NCBI GenBank assembly: GCA_963676615.1
Contig: OY781092.1
Coordinates: 480,001 to 544,000, forward strand
Direction: 5' to 3'
DNA from: Candidatus Cloacimonadota bacterium
GTDB lineage: Bacteria > Cloacimonadota > Cloacimonadia > G963667145
DNA: 64,000 nucleotides
A program made the translations under genes and the position numbers. Below are positions 19,208 to 29,098 of this stretch, in pieces; within the stretch, counting starts at the first letter, position 1; every line of letters begins with the position of its first letter. The notes below the pieces were generated by a model. It saw nothing but the letters and a program-made list of their open reading frames with translations, was not told the origin of the DNA and ran no database searches.

Positions 19208-20199
19208 TTTTGCTCGCCTATTTTTTGCCAGAGAATCGCTTCGGCAAGGGCTATTGCGGCGATAGCTTCCACAACGACTGCCGCGCGCAATACAAGGCAA
19301 GCGTCGTGGCGACCTTTGATTTGCAAGGGTTGAATTTCGTTGTTTTCGAAATTGTAGGTATTTTGTGTTGCGCCGATGGACGGTGTGGGTTTGAAGTGGC
19401 AGCGAAAAACGATTTGGTTGCCGTTGCTGATGCCGCCGACGATGCCGCCGTCGTTGTTGGAGGCGGTTTTGCCGTCTGCGTCCAGCAGTTTGTCGTTGTT
19501 TTGGCTTCCGCAGGCTTGACTGGCGAGTGTGCCAGCGCCGAATTCGAGCGCTTTTACAGCGGGGATAGAGAAAGCCAGCTGGGCGATAATCGACTCCAGA
19601 GAGCCGAAAAATGGCTCGCCCAAGCCAAGAGGTGCGTTGTCGATTGTGGCTTGCACCACGCCGCCTATTGAGTCGCCAGCTTTTTGTGCTTCCAAAATCG
19701 CTTTTTCGATTTCGGGCTGCGAGTTTGCTTTGCCGACCGACAAAATTTCGCTGTGGAATTTTAGATTTTTGGCAACTTTTTTGGCGACTACGCCCGCAGC
19801 CACAAGGCAGAGCGTGAGGCGTGCAGAAAAGTGACCGCCGCCAGAAGGGTCGTTGTAGCCGTGATATTTTTTGTTTGCCACGAAATCGGCGTGCGATGGC
19901 CGTGGGTGCCTGATGAGGTTGCTGTAGTCTTTGCTTTTGGTGTTTTCGTTGGCGAAAATGATGGTCAGCGGGTCGCCGCTGGTGTAGCCGTGATGCGTTC
20001 CGCAGACGATTTTTGGCGCGTCGGCTTCGATTCTGGGCGTTGTGCCGATTTTTCCGCTTTTTCGCCTTTTTAAGTCTTGACTAAAATCTTCTTCGCAAAG
20101 GGAGATGCCGACTGGGATGCCGTCGATAGTGATGCCAACGCACTCTCCGTGCGATCTGCCGAAGATGCTGAGTCTAAAATTTTGACCAAATTGATTCAT
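19204..20199 (-). CDS. aroC: Chorismate synthase
   Basis: SHG, PRPSHAD, GGISNG, KPTPSI, GRHDAC motifs. Confidence 0.95.
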   Translation of the reverse strand: MNQFGQNFRLSIFGRSHGECVGITIDGIPVGISLCEEDFSQDLKRRKSGKIGTTPRIEADAPKIVCGTHHGYTSGDPLTIIFANENTKSKDYSNLIRHPRPSHADFVANKKYHGYNDPSGGGHFSARLTLCLVAAGVVAKKVAKNLKFHSEILSVGKANSQPEIEKAILEAQKAGDSIGGVVQATIDNAPLGLGEPFFGSLESIIAQLAFSIPAVKALEFGAGTLASQACGSQNNDKLLDADGKTASNNDGGIVGGISNGNQIVFRCHFKPTPSIGATQNTYNFENNEIQPLQIKGRHDACLVLRAAVVVEAIAAIALAEAILWQKIGEQK

Positions 20200-20204
20200 A
20201 ATTT

Positions 20205-20867
20205 TTACCTAATTTTTACTGTTTTTTTTGTGTCCAGAATGTAGTGTGAGGCGAGCTCGCAGGTGAGCCAGACCATCGCAAAAGACCACAGGCAGTCGCT
20301 AAAAAAGTGAGCGCCCTGCACAATCCGAGCGATGCTCATCATCAAACCGTAGGCAATTCCGCCGCAAAAGCACCAGTTGGCGATTTTTTTTTGATTTTTT
20401 TTGAAAATGTAGAACAGGCTGATGAAGTAGAAGCCAATGGCGGCGTGTCCCGAGGGGAACGAGTGCCCGCCTTGCGAGGAGTAAACCCATGCTTTGGTGA
20501 ACTGTTTTTCTTGTCCGAATTGGGCTATTTGCCGCGGGCGTGGCCGTCCGTAATGTTCTTTGAAGACGGAGTTTACCAAAAGTCCAGGTCCGAGTAAAAT
20601 CACCACGACCAAAAAAAGGCTGGCTCGTCTGAATTTTTGCCAAGATTTTCTAAAAAATCCTACCAGCAGAACGCATAAAGCGCCCACACCTAGAGTGTTT
20701 GGGGGATAGATTCCCCAATTTTTTATCTGAATCCAAGGGGTTTGGTTTTGGTGCAGCCAACTTTTTTGATAAAATAGAGCGCTGGTCTCAAGGTCGATGT
20801 TCGTCAGCCAAGCAGCCAGCGTCCCGACGGCGATGACGAAAATAATTATCCAATTTCTTTTTGACAA
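20205..20867 (-). CDS. PAP2 family membrane phosphatase
   Basis: K..YGRPRP, SFPSGHA, ARIVQGAHFFSD. Confidence 0.92.
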   Translation of the reverse strand: MSKRNWIIIFVIAVGTLAAWLTNIDLETSALFYQKSWLHQNQTPWIQIKNWGIYPPNTLGVGALCVLLVGFFRKSWQKFRRASLFLVVVILLGPGLLVNSVFKEHYGRPRPRQIAQFGQEKQFTKAWVYSSQGGHSFPSGHAAIGFYFISLFYIFKKNQKKIANWCFCGGIAYGLMMSIARIVQGAHFFSDCLWSFAMVWLTCELASHYILDTKKTVKIR

Positions 20868-20962
20868 AAATAGTTCCTTAAATCTTTTAAAAATAGCTTT
20901 GTGTCGCGTTTGTCGATTAGCAAAAGTAAAAATTTAGGCAAAAAATAGTGGAGAACCAAATT

Positions 20963-22900
20963 ATGCAAGAAAAAAATTTAGTAGAAGTCGCCAAGAGAGT
21001 TAGGGCAAATATTTTAATTGCGTTGCATTGTGCAGGCTCGGGGCACAGCGGTGGCAGCCTTTCGGGTGTCGAATTGATGCTGGGAGCGTATGCCAAAATG
21101 CAGTTTGATCCAAAAAATCCGCAGTGGCAGCAGCGGGATAGATTTTATTTGTCGGCAGGGCACAAAGCGCCGCTTTGGTATGTAGTTTTGGCGGAAATGG
21201 GCTATTTTCCTATCGAAGATGTGGCGAGTTTGCGAAAGCTCGGCAGTCATTTTCAGGGGCATCCAGATTGTCGCAAAGTGCCTGGCGTGGAGCTTTCTTG
21301 CGGTTCGCTCGGGCAAGGTTTGTCGGTTGCTGTGGGTGATGCTTGCGCTGCCAAAATGAACGGAAAGTCGCACAAAGTTTTTTGCCTGATGGGCGACGGC
21401 GAGCAGCAAGAGGGGCAGATTTGGGAGGCGGTGATGGCTGCGGCGCATCACAAGTTGGATAATTTGGTGGCAGTGGTGGACAAAAACGGTTTGCAAATCG
21501 ACGGCAAAGTGGACGATGTGCTTAGCCTTGGCGATTTGAGCGGGAAGTATCGAGCTTTTGGCTGGGAAGTTTTTGAGTGCGACGGACACGATATGGCGGC
21601 TGTTTTGGCTGCCTACGAAAAGGCGATTGCGGTTTGCGGCAAGCCGTCGGTGATTATCGCCAAAACTGTCAAAGGTAAAGGTGTGAGCTTTATGGAAAAT
21701 AACGCTGGTTGGCACGGCAAAACTCCAAATGCGCAAGAGCTGGAAAAAGCTTTGCAGGAGATAGGCTCGCAAGGCGTTGGAACGGAAAAAATGTTGAAGA
21801 TTTCGGCAGAGTTTCAGGCGAATGTGGAGAAAGATTTAGCGGCGAAAATGCCGAAGTTTAGTCGCGATTACTGGTGGAACGCTCAGGATGTGATGAAGGT
21901 GGAGATGAAGGCGACGCGCTCTGGATTTGGGCAAGCTCTGGCGGACACCAAAAACGAAAAAGTTTGCACGATTGGCTCGGATTTGTCTGGCTCGGTGAAA
22001 ATCGACCAGTTCACAAAAGACCGCGCTGATCGCAAAAAGAGGTTTTTTTCGATGGGAATTGCCGAACAAAGCGGGACTTCTGTCGCTGCGGGAATGAGCA
22101 AAGACGGCGATATTCCGTTTTTTAGCAGCTTCGGGATGTTTACTTCGGGCAGAGCCTACGACCAGTTGCACACCTCTATCGCTTACGGCGGAATGAACGC
22201 CAAAATCGCTGGCTCGCACTCTGGCATCACCGTCGGCGAAGACGGCGCAACGCATCAGGCGCTGGAGGACATCGCCATCGTTGGCTATTTGCCAGAGTTG
22301 ACTTTTTTGACTCCAGCGGATTACTATCAAACCGCCAAAGCAACGCAAGCCGCCATCGACACGAAAGGTCCAGTTTACATTCGCTACGGAAGAGTCGATA
22401 CGCCTTGTGTGACAACGGCTCAGACGCCTTTTGCTGTGGGCAGAGCGACGCTCTATCAATATTTGGGAGAAGCGGAAAAAATGTTGGACGCTTTTAGCGC
22501 AGAGTTTGCCGACGAAGCCCAGATGCAGCAGGTGGATGTCTGCCTTGTGGCTTGCGGAATAATGGTGGCAGAGTCGCTTCGTGCGGCTTGGATTTTGGAA
22601 AAAGAGTTCGGTCTGAAGACGGCTGTGCTGAATTATTCGACGCTGAAACCTTTCGATCAGCAGGCTCTTGCGAAAATTTGCGACAAAACCAAAGCGATCA
22701 TCACCGCCGAAGAGCATCAAAAAGGCGGCTTTGGCAATATGGTCGCTGGGCGTCTTTTGGAGATGGGTTGCCGCACAAAGTTTGATATGGTCGGTGTCGC
22801 CGACAGCTTTGGGCAATCGGCTGCGCCGTGGGAATTGATGAAGCATTACGAACTCACCGCCGAATTTATCGCCGCAAAAGCAAAAAAACTTTTATCATAA
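20963..22900 (+). CDS. tkt: Transketolase (single chain)
   Basis: SGHSGGSLS, GSLGQGLS, GDGEQQEG..DKN, GIAEQ, EDGATHQ, TAEEH. Confidence 0.93.
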   Translation: MQEKNLVEVAKRVRANILIALHCAGSGHSGGSLSGVELMLGAYAKMQFDPKNPQWQQRDRFYLSAGHKAPLWYVVLAEMGYFPIEDVASLRKLGSHFQGHPDCRKVPGVELSCGSLGQGLSVAVGDACAAKMNGKSHKVFCLMGDGEQQEGQIWEAVMAAAHHKLDNLVAVVDKNGLQIDGKVDDVLSLGDLSGKYRAFGWEVFECDGHDMAAVLAAYEKAIAVCGKPSVIIAKTVKGKGVSFMENNAGWHGKTPNAQELEKALQEIGSQGVGTEKMLKISAEFQANVEKDLAAKMPKFSRDYWWNAQDVMKVEMKATRSGFGQALADTKNEKVCTIGSDLSGSVKIDQFTKDRADRKKRFFSMGIAEQSGTSVAAGMSKDGDIPFFSSFGMFTSGRAYDQLHTSIAYGGMNAKIAGSHSGITVGEDGATHQALEDIAIVGYLPELTFLTPADYYQTAKATQAAIDTKGPVYIRYGRVDTPCVTTAQTPFAVGRATLYQYLGEAEKMLDAFSAEFADEAQMQQVDVCLVACGIMVAESLRAAWILEKEFGLKTAVLNYSTLKPFDQQALAKICDKTKAIITAEEHQKGGFGNMVAGRLLEMGCRTKFDMVGVADSFGQSAAPWELMKHYELTAEFIAAKAKKLLS

Positions 22901-22922
22901 AGTTATAAAGGAAAAGAAAATA

Positions 22923-23786
22923 ATGAAACTACTAAAATTTTTAACTTGCGGGCTTTTGCTGGTCGCTTTTTGCGGATGTAGCATCTTTGGCAGCAGCAGT
23001 GGTAGCAGTAATGGGGATGATGAAAAAATTACAACACCTTTTGAGGGAAGCTGGGGATTTTTAGGTATAAAACTAGTTTTTACTGGGGAAAAAGCAACTA
23101 GATATGTGTATGCAGATGCGGACGAAAATTTTTATGATTGCAATTTTTTCTATTCGGAAGACAGTGCTTTATTAAAGTTTGACACAGAGGTTGATAAAGA
23201 TACTTATAATTATTATATTAGTGATGACCAACTCTATTTAGGATATTTTTCTGCTGAAGATAGTTTTTATAATTTTTTGGATTGGCAAAGAGTTAATTCA
23301 ATTGCGAAAAATAAAGCGTCTGGAATTTTGAATTTAGATGATGATACTTTGTCTTTCGACGAATCTTTTTCTATTTTTGCTTTTTACAAAGAAGAAAAAA
23401 AAACAGATTTAAAATTTGATGATTTAAAAAATTATACGGTTCAGAGTCAGAAGTTTGTCAATTTTAACGATACTACTTGGGGAATAGAATTGACATTCGG
23501 AGATTTAGAGAGTTTTAAAGACTCCACTTTGGGCATAGAGATTGAACCGAAAAGTTTTTATATAAATTTGCAAGGATATGACAAAAATTATAAAGAGATA
23601 GGGGAAGAAAAAGAGATTTATGTGCACTATCTAAAAATTAAAAGTTTTAGTTACTCTGATAATAAGATGGATGCGGTTTTTTATGATTTGAAAAAGGGTA
23701 GTGAAATCGTAGTAGATACCTTGAAGATGAGTCTTGATTTTCAGAGTTTGGAGAGCTTTAAGCAAAAGTTAAGGAAAGAAGAATGA
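22923..23786 (+). CDS. Hypothetical lipoprotein, AT-rich
   Basis: Lipobox-like VAFCGC after a hydrophobic signal; Ser/Gly linker; visibly lower GC than neighbours. Confidence 0.8.
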   Translation: MKLLKFLTCGLLLVAFCGCSIFGSSSGSSNGDDEKITTPFEGSWGFLGIKLVFTGEKATRYVYADADENFYDCNFFYSEDSALLKFDTEVDKDTYNYYISDDQLYLGYFSAEDSFYNFLDWQRVNSIAKNKASGILNLDDDTLSFDESFSIFAFYKEEKKTDLKFDDLKNYTVQSQKFVNFNDTTWGIELTFGDLESFKDSTLGIEIEPKSFYINLQGYDKNYKEIGEEKEIYVHYLKIKSFSYSDNKMDAVFYDLKKGSEIVVDTLKMSLDFQSLESFKQKLRKEE

Positions 23787-25117
23787 AACTGATAATGAAC
23801 GCCAAAGTTGACGAGGAATTGGTCTATTTGGCTTTTTCGGATAAGATTGAGCAGATTTCAAAAAGCCCGATTCAGGGCGATTTTGAGCGGGTTTTTGATT
23901 TGCAGGGCAAGCTGCTTTTGCCAGGGGGGATAGATCCGCATGTGCATTTCAATCAGCCGGGATTTACCGATAGAGAAGATTTTGCCACAGGTTCGGCTTC
24001 GGCAGCCGCGGGCGGTGTGACGACTGTAATCGATATGCCGTGCACAAGTTTGCCGCCGATTACCAGTGTCGAAAATTTCCAGAACAAGCACCAAATAATC
24101 AAAGATAACGCTTATGTCGATTACGCTTTTTGGGGCGGTATCACTGGCGACGGATACGACAAGCTGACCGTGGAAAAGCTCTGGGACTATGGCGTTGTGG
24201 GCTTTAAACTCTACACAATCTCGGGAATGGAGAGTTTTAAAGCGGTTCCTTACGATTTGTTGTCGGAAATTTTTGCCGATTTTAGCGGAAGCGACAAGCT
24301 CTTCGCTTTTCACGCCGAGGACGCCGAAGTTATCGCCGATGCGTGCGGAAAATTCACCGCGGAACAGTTGAAAAACTGGCAAAATTATGTGCCGTCTAGG
24401 CCATCGCAAGCAGAGATTGTGGCTGTGGAAAATATTTTGAAGACGATGCAAGATAACAAGGTGCATTTTGTGCATATCTCCACGAGTGCGGCGGTTCAGC
24501 AGATTGGCAAGGCGCAAGCTGCGGGCAAAAATGTTTCGGTGGAGAGTTGTCCGCACTATCTTCAATTTTGCAAGGAAGATTATGGCAAGCTTTTGGGACG
24601 CCTGAAAACAGCGCCATCTGTGAAAGATGCGGGCGATCGAGACTATCTGCGGGACAATCTTGCCAAGTTGAGCTTTTTGGCGACCGATCACGCTGGCTGC
24701 ATCTGGGAGACGGAAAAAAGTGCCGAAGATTTTTCCAAAGTTTATTGCGGCATTCCGGGCGTGCAAACCTTTTTGACCTACTTGGTGGACGAGTTCTATT
24801 TGCCAGGAAAAATTTCGTATCAGGAGCTTGTGCGGCTCTCGAGTCAGGGTGCTGCCAAGCGGTATGGGCTTTTCCCAAAAAAAGGATTGCTCGCAGAAGG
24901 CTCCGACGCAGATTTTGCTGTGTTTGACACCGAGCAATCTTACACGATGAAGCCAGAAGATTTGCTGTGCAAGGGCAAATATTCGCCGTTTGAGGGCAGA
25001 GAGTTCCGTTGCCGTCTTGCGCAAACTTTTTTGCGGGGGAATTTGGTATATGATAACGGACTTGTCGGAGAAAAAGGCGGCGGAAAGTTGCTCAAAAGAG
25101 ATTTAAAGTCGAAATGA
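23783..25117 (+). CDS. Allantoinase/dihydroorotase-like cyclic amidohydrolase
   Basis: PGGIDPHVHFNQPG, AAAGGVTTVIDMP, FHAED, HFVHIS, ESCPHY, ATDHA; the HVHFNxPG motif resembles AllB. Confidence 0.85.
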   Translation: MKLIMNAKVDEELVYLAFSDKIEQISKSPIQGDFERVFDLQGKLLLPGGIDPHVHFNQPGFTDREDFATGSASAAAGGVTTVIDMPCTSLPPITSVENFQNKHQIIKDNAYVDYAFWGGITGDGYDKLTVEKLWDYGVVGFKLYTISGMESFKAVPYDLLSEIFADFSGSDKLFAFHAEDAEVIADACGKFTAEQLKNWQNYVPSRPSQAEIVAVENILKTMQDNKVHFVHISTSAAVQQIGKAQAAGKNVSVESCPHYLQFCKEDYGKLLGRLKTAPSVKDAGDRDYLRDNLAKLSFLATDHAGCIWETEKSAEDFSKVYCGIPGVQTFLTYLVDEFYLPGKISYQELVRLSSQGAAKRYGLFPKKGLLAEGSDADFAVFDTEQSYTMKPEDLLCKGKYSPFEGREFRCRLAQTFLRGNLVYDNGLVGEKGGGKLLKRDLKSK

Positions 25118-25214
25118 TTTTTTGGAAATTGTAACAAAAACGGAAAAAATGCTTGTCACGGGCTGGCAACTTTTTTTCTTGGGAATGAAAATTTAACGAA
25201 GGAGATGCATAAGG

Positions 25215-25406
25215 ATGTCTAGAAAATGTGATGTTTGTGGCAAAGTAGCCCAAGTAGGAAATAACAGATCCCATGCTTTAAATAAGACCAAAAAAAGGTT
25301 TAAGCCAAATTTGCATTCGATGAGAGCGATGATCGACTCGCAAGTGAAAAAGGTGAAAGTTTGCAGTTCTTGTTTGCGCGCTGGCAAAGTTGAAAAAGTT
25401 GTTTAA
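25215..25406 (+). CDS. rpmB: 50S ribosomal protein L28 (Zn-type)
   Basis: [33 protein letters not shown]. Confidence 0.97.
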   Translation: MSRKCDVCGKVAQVGNNRSHALNKTKKRFKPNLHSMRAMIDSQVKKVKVCSSCLRAGKVEKVV

Positions 25407-25427
25407 CTTTTAGGTGAGGGAAAAGTT

Positions 25428-25913
25428 TTGAAGAAAATATTTTTAGCTGGAGTTTTTTGTGCAGTTGCCTCTTTTTTGCTGGCAGAAGGTCCGAAAATCG
25501 TGACTATTAACACTGCGGAGATTGCCGAAAAGTCGAAAGAGATTATCGCTGCTCGGGAACTTTTTCAGCGGGATTACAATCGCCAAGCGGAAAATCTTGC
25601 CAAAATGGAGAAAGAGATAACCGATTTGCAAGCGACATATCAGAGTCAGGCGAAAGACGCCAGCAAAGCCGAAATTCAGAAGATGGAAGAGACTCTGAAG
25701 CGGAAGATGAGCGACTATCAGGCTCTCTCGGAGAAGGTGCAAAAGAGCCTTGCCAAAAAGCAGGAGGAGCTTTTGCAGCCGATTTTGGAGAAGGTTGATA
25801 AGATTGCCAGCGAGAACGGCTACGATATCGTTTTTGATGTGGTTTCTGGCAAGATTGTTTATTCCAGCGAAAAATACGATGTGACGCAAAAGATGCTGGA
25901 TGAGCTGAATTAG
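25428..25913 (+). CDS. skp: OmpH/Skp periplasmic chaperone
   Basis: Signal peptide, coiled coil, GYDIVFD..DVT end; upstream of lpxD. Confidence 0.88.
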   Translation: MKKIFLAGVFCAVASFLLAEGPKIVTINTAEIAEKSKEIIAARELFQRDYNRQAENLAKMEKEITDLQATYQSQAKDASKAEIQKMEETLKRKMSDYQALSEKVQKSLAKKQEELLQPILEKVDKIASENGYDIVFDVVSGKIVYSSEKYDVTQKMLDELN

Positions 25914-25932
25914 TTTTGATGATTTTTAGAGT

Positions 25933-26895
25933 ATGAAAAAATTTTGCATAAAGAGGTCTGCCCGCGAGATAGCTGGCGGACTTTCTTTGTTTTTGCAGGA
26001 GTGTCGTCCTGCGCAGATCGACAATGTGGCGACTTTGGATCAGGCGAACGAAAATTCGCTTTGCTTTTTTCAGCAGGAGAAGTATCGGGAAGATTTACTA
26101 CGGACAAAAGCAGGTTTGGTGCTGGTTCCCGAAGATTTTTCGCTGGATGTGCCGCTGAATATTATCAAAGTGGAAAATCCGTATTTTACTTTTTTGCAGA
26201 TTGTTAAGTCGGTTTTTTGTTCTGAGCAAGAGAGGACGATCAGCAGCAAGGCAAGCATACATCCGACGGCGAAGATTGCAGATGGCGCTCAGATTGGCGA
26301 TTTTGTGAGCATCGGGGCGAATGTTTCGATTGGTAAGAACGCTCTAATTTACCCAAATGTAACGATTTATGAGGATACGGAGATTGGCGATGATGTGATT
26401 GTTCATTCTGGTGCGGTGCTCGGTTCGGACGGTTTTGGTTTTTTGTATCAAAACGGTGAGCAGCACAAAATTCCGCAGCTGGGCAAAGTGGTGATTGGTA
26501 GCGGCGTGGAGATTGGAGCTGGCTCGACTATCGACAGGGGGACGCTGGGTGCGACGACGATTGGCGACGGGACGAAGCTGGATAATTTGGTGCAGATTGG
26601 TCATAATTGCACGATTGGCAAAAATTGCTGTATTTGTGCGCAGGTCGGTCTTGCGGGCAACACAAAGGTCGGCGATTTGGTCTATATCGCAGGGCAAGTG
26701 GGAGCAGCTGGACATCTTTCTATCGGTAGTTATTCTCGCATTGGAGCGAAGTCGGGCGTGATGCGTGATGTGCCAGAACACTCTGAAATTTGGGGAGTTC
26801 CAGCTATCAGCGCCAAAGAGCAAAAGAGGATTATTATCGCCCAAAAACAGATGGCAAAAATCCTCCCGAAGATTAAAAAATTACTAAAAAAATAA
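25933..26895 (+). CDS. lpxD: UDP-3-O-acylglucosamine N-acyltransferase
   Basis: Hexapeptide repeats, [23 protein letters not shown]. Confidence 0.96.
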   Translation: MKKFCIKRSAREIAGGLSLFLQECRPAQIDNVATLDQANENSLCFFQQEKYREDLLRTKAGLVLVPEDFSLDVPLNIIKVENPYFTFLQIVKSVFCSEQERTISSKASIHPTAKIADGAQIGDFVSIGANVSIGKNALIYPNVTIYEDTEIGDDVIVHSGAVLGSDGFGFLYQNGEQHKIPQLGKVVIGSGVEIGAGSTIDRGTLGATTIGDGTKLDNLVQIGHNCTIGKNCCICAQVGLAGNTKVGDLVYIAGQVGAAGHLSIGSYSRIGAKSGVMRDVPEHSEIWGVPAISAKEQKRIIIAQKQMAKILPKIKKLLKK

Positions 26896-26908
26896 AGGGC
26901 AGCGAACG

Positions 26909-28306
26909 ATGTCAACCGAGAAAAAGAGAACTATCAGAAAAATTAGCGAGAGCTATACGGGTGTTGGGCTTCATTTGGGCAAAAAGGCGAAGGTGCGTTT
27001 TACGCCAGCTGGTGACGATGTCGGCATCGTTTTCAGGCGTGTAGATTTGGACGGCTCGCCCGAAATTTTGGCGGATATCGATCATGTGGTGGATATCTCC
27101 CGAGGGACGACAATCAGCGACGGCACTGTGTCTATCGCAACCACGGAGCACATTTTGGCAGCGGTCAAAGGGCTGGACATCGACAACATCATCATCGAAA
27201 TCGACGGTCCAGAAGTTCCTGTGGCAGACGGCAGCGCTTTGCCTTTTGTGGAGATGCTCAAAAATGCGGGCATCGTTGAGCAAGAAGCCGAGCGTGAGTA
27301 TTTTGGGCTTACCGAGCCTGTGAGTTATTCGTCGCCAGAGGACAATGTCGATGTGATTATCACGCCGTCGGACAAGCTGAAGATAACTTTTATGGTCGAT
27401 TACAACCACGCTTGCGTGCCAACGCAATACACTTGGCTTCCGTCGATGGATTTGTTTGAAAAGCAGTTTGCGCCTGCCAGAACTTTTTGTTTTGTGAACG
27501 AGATAATTTATCTCAAAGAAAAAGGGCTGATTAAGGGCGGCTCGCTGGACTCTGCGGTGGTAGTGGCTGATCCTGAAAAAGACAAGGATGAAATCAAAAA
27601 GCTGGAAAAACTTTTTGGCTTTTCTTCGCCGATTAAAGTCAGTAGTGGCGGGCTGATTAACGGAACGACGCTGCGTTTTGACAACGAATTTGTCCGCCAC
27701 AAAGCGCTCGATCTTATCGGCGATTTGGCACTTTTGGGAATTCCGATCAAGGGGCATATTTTGGCGGCTCGCTCTGGCCACAAGACCAACATCGAGCTTA
27801 TCAAAAAGTTGCGGGGAATTTACCAAAAACAGCAGTTGGAAAAGAAATTTCAAGAAAAAAGAACCAAGGGAATAGTTTTTGATATCGACGCCATTCAAAA
27901 AATTTTGCCGCACCGTTATCCGTTTTTGCTCGTTGACAAAATCATTGAGTTTGAAACTGGTAAGCGGATTGTGGGCATAAAAAATGTCACATTTAACGAG
28001 CCGTTTTTCAAGGGGCATTTTCCGGGCAAGCCGATTATGCCGGGCGTTTTGATTGTAGAAGCCATGGCGCAGACGGGCGGTTTGATGCTTTTGAATGCGG
28101 AGGAAGACCCATCGAGTATGTTGGCGCTTTTTGCGGGAATCGACAAGGTGCGTTTTCGCGCTCAAGTCAGACCTGGCGACACTTTGCGGTTGGAGCTGGA
28201 TGTGATTTCGCTGCGGCGCAGCATCTGCAAAATGTCGGGCAAAGCTTATGTCGGCTCGAAATTGGCGGCAGAAGCGGAGCTGATGGCTCAAGTGGTGAAA
28301 AGATGA
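26909..28306 (+). CDS. lpxC: Bifunctional LpxC deacetylase / FabZ dehydratase
   Basis: GVGLHLG, TEHILAA, RHKALDLIGD followed in frame by LPHRYPFLLVD, GHFPG..PGVL..EAMAQ. Confidence 0.96.
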   Translation: MSTEKKRTIRKISESYTGVGLHLGKKAKVRFTPAGDDVGIVFRRVDLDGSPEILADIDHVVDISRGTTISDGTVSIATTEHILAAVKGLDIDNIIIEIDGPEVPVADGSALPFVEMLKNAGIVEQEAEREYFGLTEPVSYSSPEDNVDVIITPSDKLKITFMVDYNHACVPTQYTWLPSMDLFEKQFAPARTFCFVNEIIYLKEKGLIKGGSLDSAVVVADPEKDKDEIKKLEKLFGFSSPIKVSSGGLINGTTLRFDNEFVRHKALDLIGDLALLGIPIKGHILAARSGHKTNIELIKKLRGIYQKQQLEKKFQEKRTKGIVFDIDAIQKILPHRYPFLLVDKIIEFETGKRIVGIKNVTFNEPFFKGHFPGKPIMPGVLIVEAMAQTGGLMLLNAEEDPSSMLALFAGIDKVRFRAQVRPGDTLRLELDVISLRRSICKMSGKAYVGSKLAAEAELMAQVVKR

Positions 28307-29073
28307 TCCACCCGACGGCGATAATCGACCCGAAAGCGAGTCTGGGCAAAGATGTTACGGTTGGACCTTTTAGCATCATCGGACCCAATGTTTGCGTTGG
28401 TGACGGCACGATTATCGAGTCTTCTGTTTTGCTTAAAGAGAATGTGAGGCTCGGCAAAAACAACCACATTTACTCTTTTGCGGTGATTGGCGTGAAGTCG
28501 CAAGACCTAAAAGACGACGGCACGACTGCTGGCGTAGAGATTGGCGATAACAACCAAATTCGCGAGTTTGTGACGATTCACCGCTCGACTAACGCGAACA
28601 CGGCGACCAAAATCGGTTCTGGAAATTTGCTGATGTCGTATGTGCATCTGGCGCACGACTGCATCGTCGGAGACGGCGTGGTTATCGCAAATTCCTGCAA
28701 TTTGGCTGGTCATGTGGAGATTGGCGATCATGTTATTGTGGGCGGTCAGAGTGCAATGAGTCAGTTCGTTAAAGTCGGCTCTTACGCATTTATTGGCGGA
28801 AATTCTGGCGTGACCAAAGATGTGCCGCCGTTCACCAAAGGCGCTGGTTTTCCCTACAAAGTGAAGGCTCTAAACAAAATCGGGCTGGAGCGCAAAGGGC
28901 TTAGCGATCAGGCTATCAAAAAGATTAAAGAGATTTTTAAATTTTTCTATTACGCAAAAATTACTTTTACCGAAGCGAAAAATGTTTACGAGCAAAAACG
29001 AGCGGAACTCTCGCCAGAGCAGTTGATTTTCTTGGATTTCGCGGTAAATTCGAGCAAAGGACTCTCGCGCTAA
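28303..29073 (+). CDS. lpxA: UDP-N-acetylglucosamine O-acyltransferase
   Basis: MIHPTAII, QDLK, IREFVTIHR, HLAHDC, LAGHV. Confidence 0.96.
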   Translation: MIHPTAIIDPKASLGKDVTVGPFSIIGPNVCVGDGTIIESSVLLKENVRLGKNNHIYSFAVIGVKSQDLKDDGTTAGVEIGDNNQIREFVTIHRSTNANTATKIGSGNLLMSYVHLAHDCIVGDGVVIANSCNLAGHVEIGDHVIVGGQSAMSQFVKVGSYAFIGGNSGVTKDVPPFTKGAGFPYKVKALNKIGLERKGLSDQAIKKIKEIFKFFYYAKITFTEAKNVYEQKRAELSPEQLIFLDFAVNSSKGLSR

Positions 29074-29098
29074 CCTTTTTCTATAGACAAGGGGGTAC

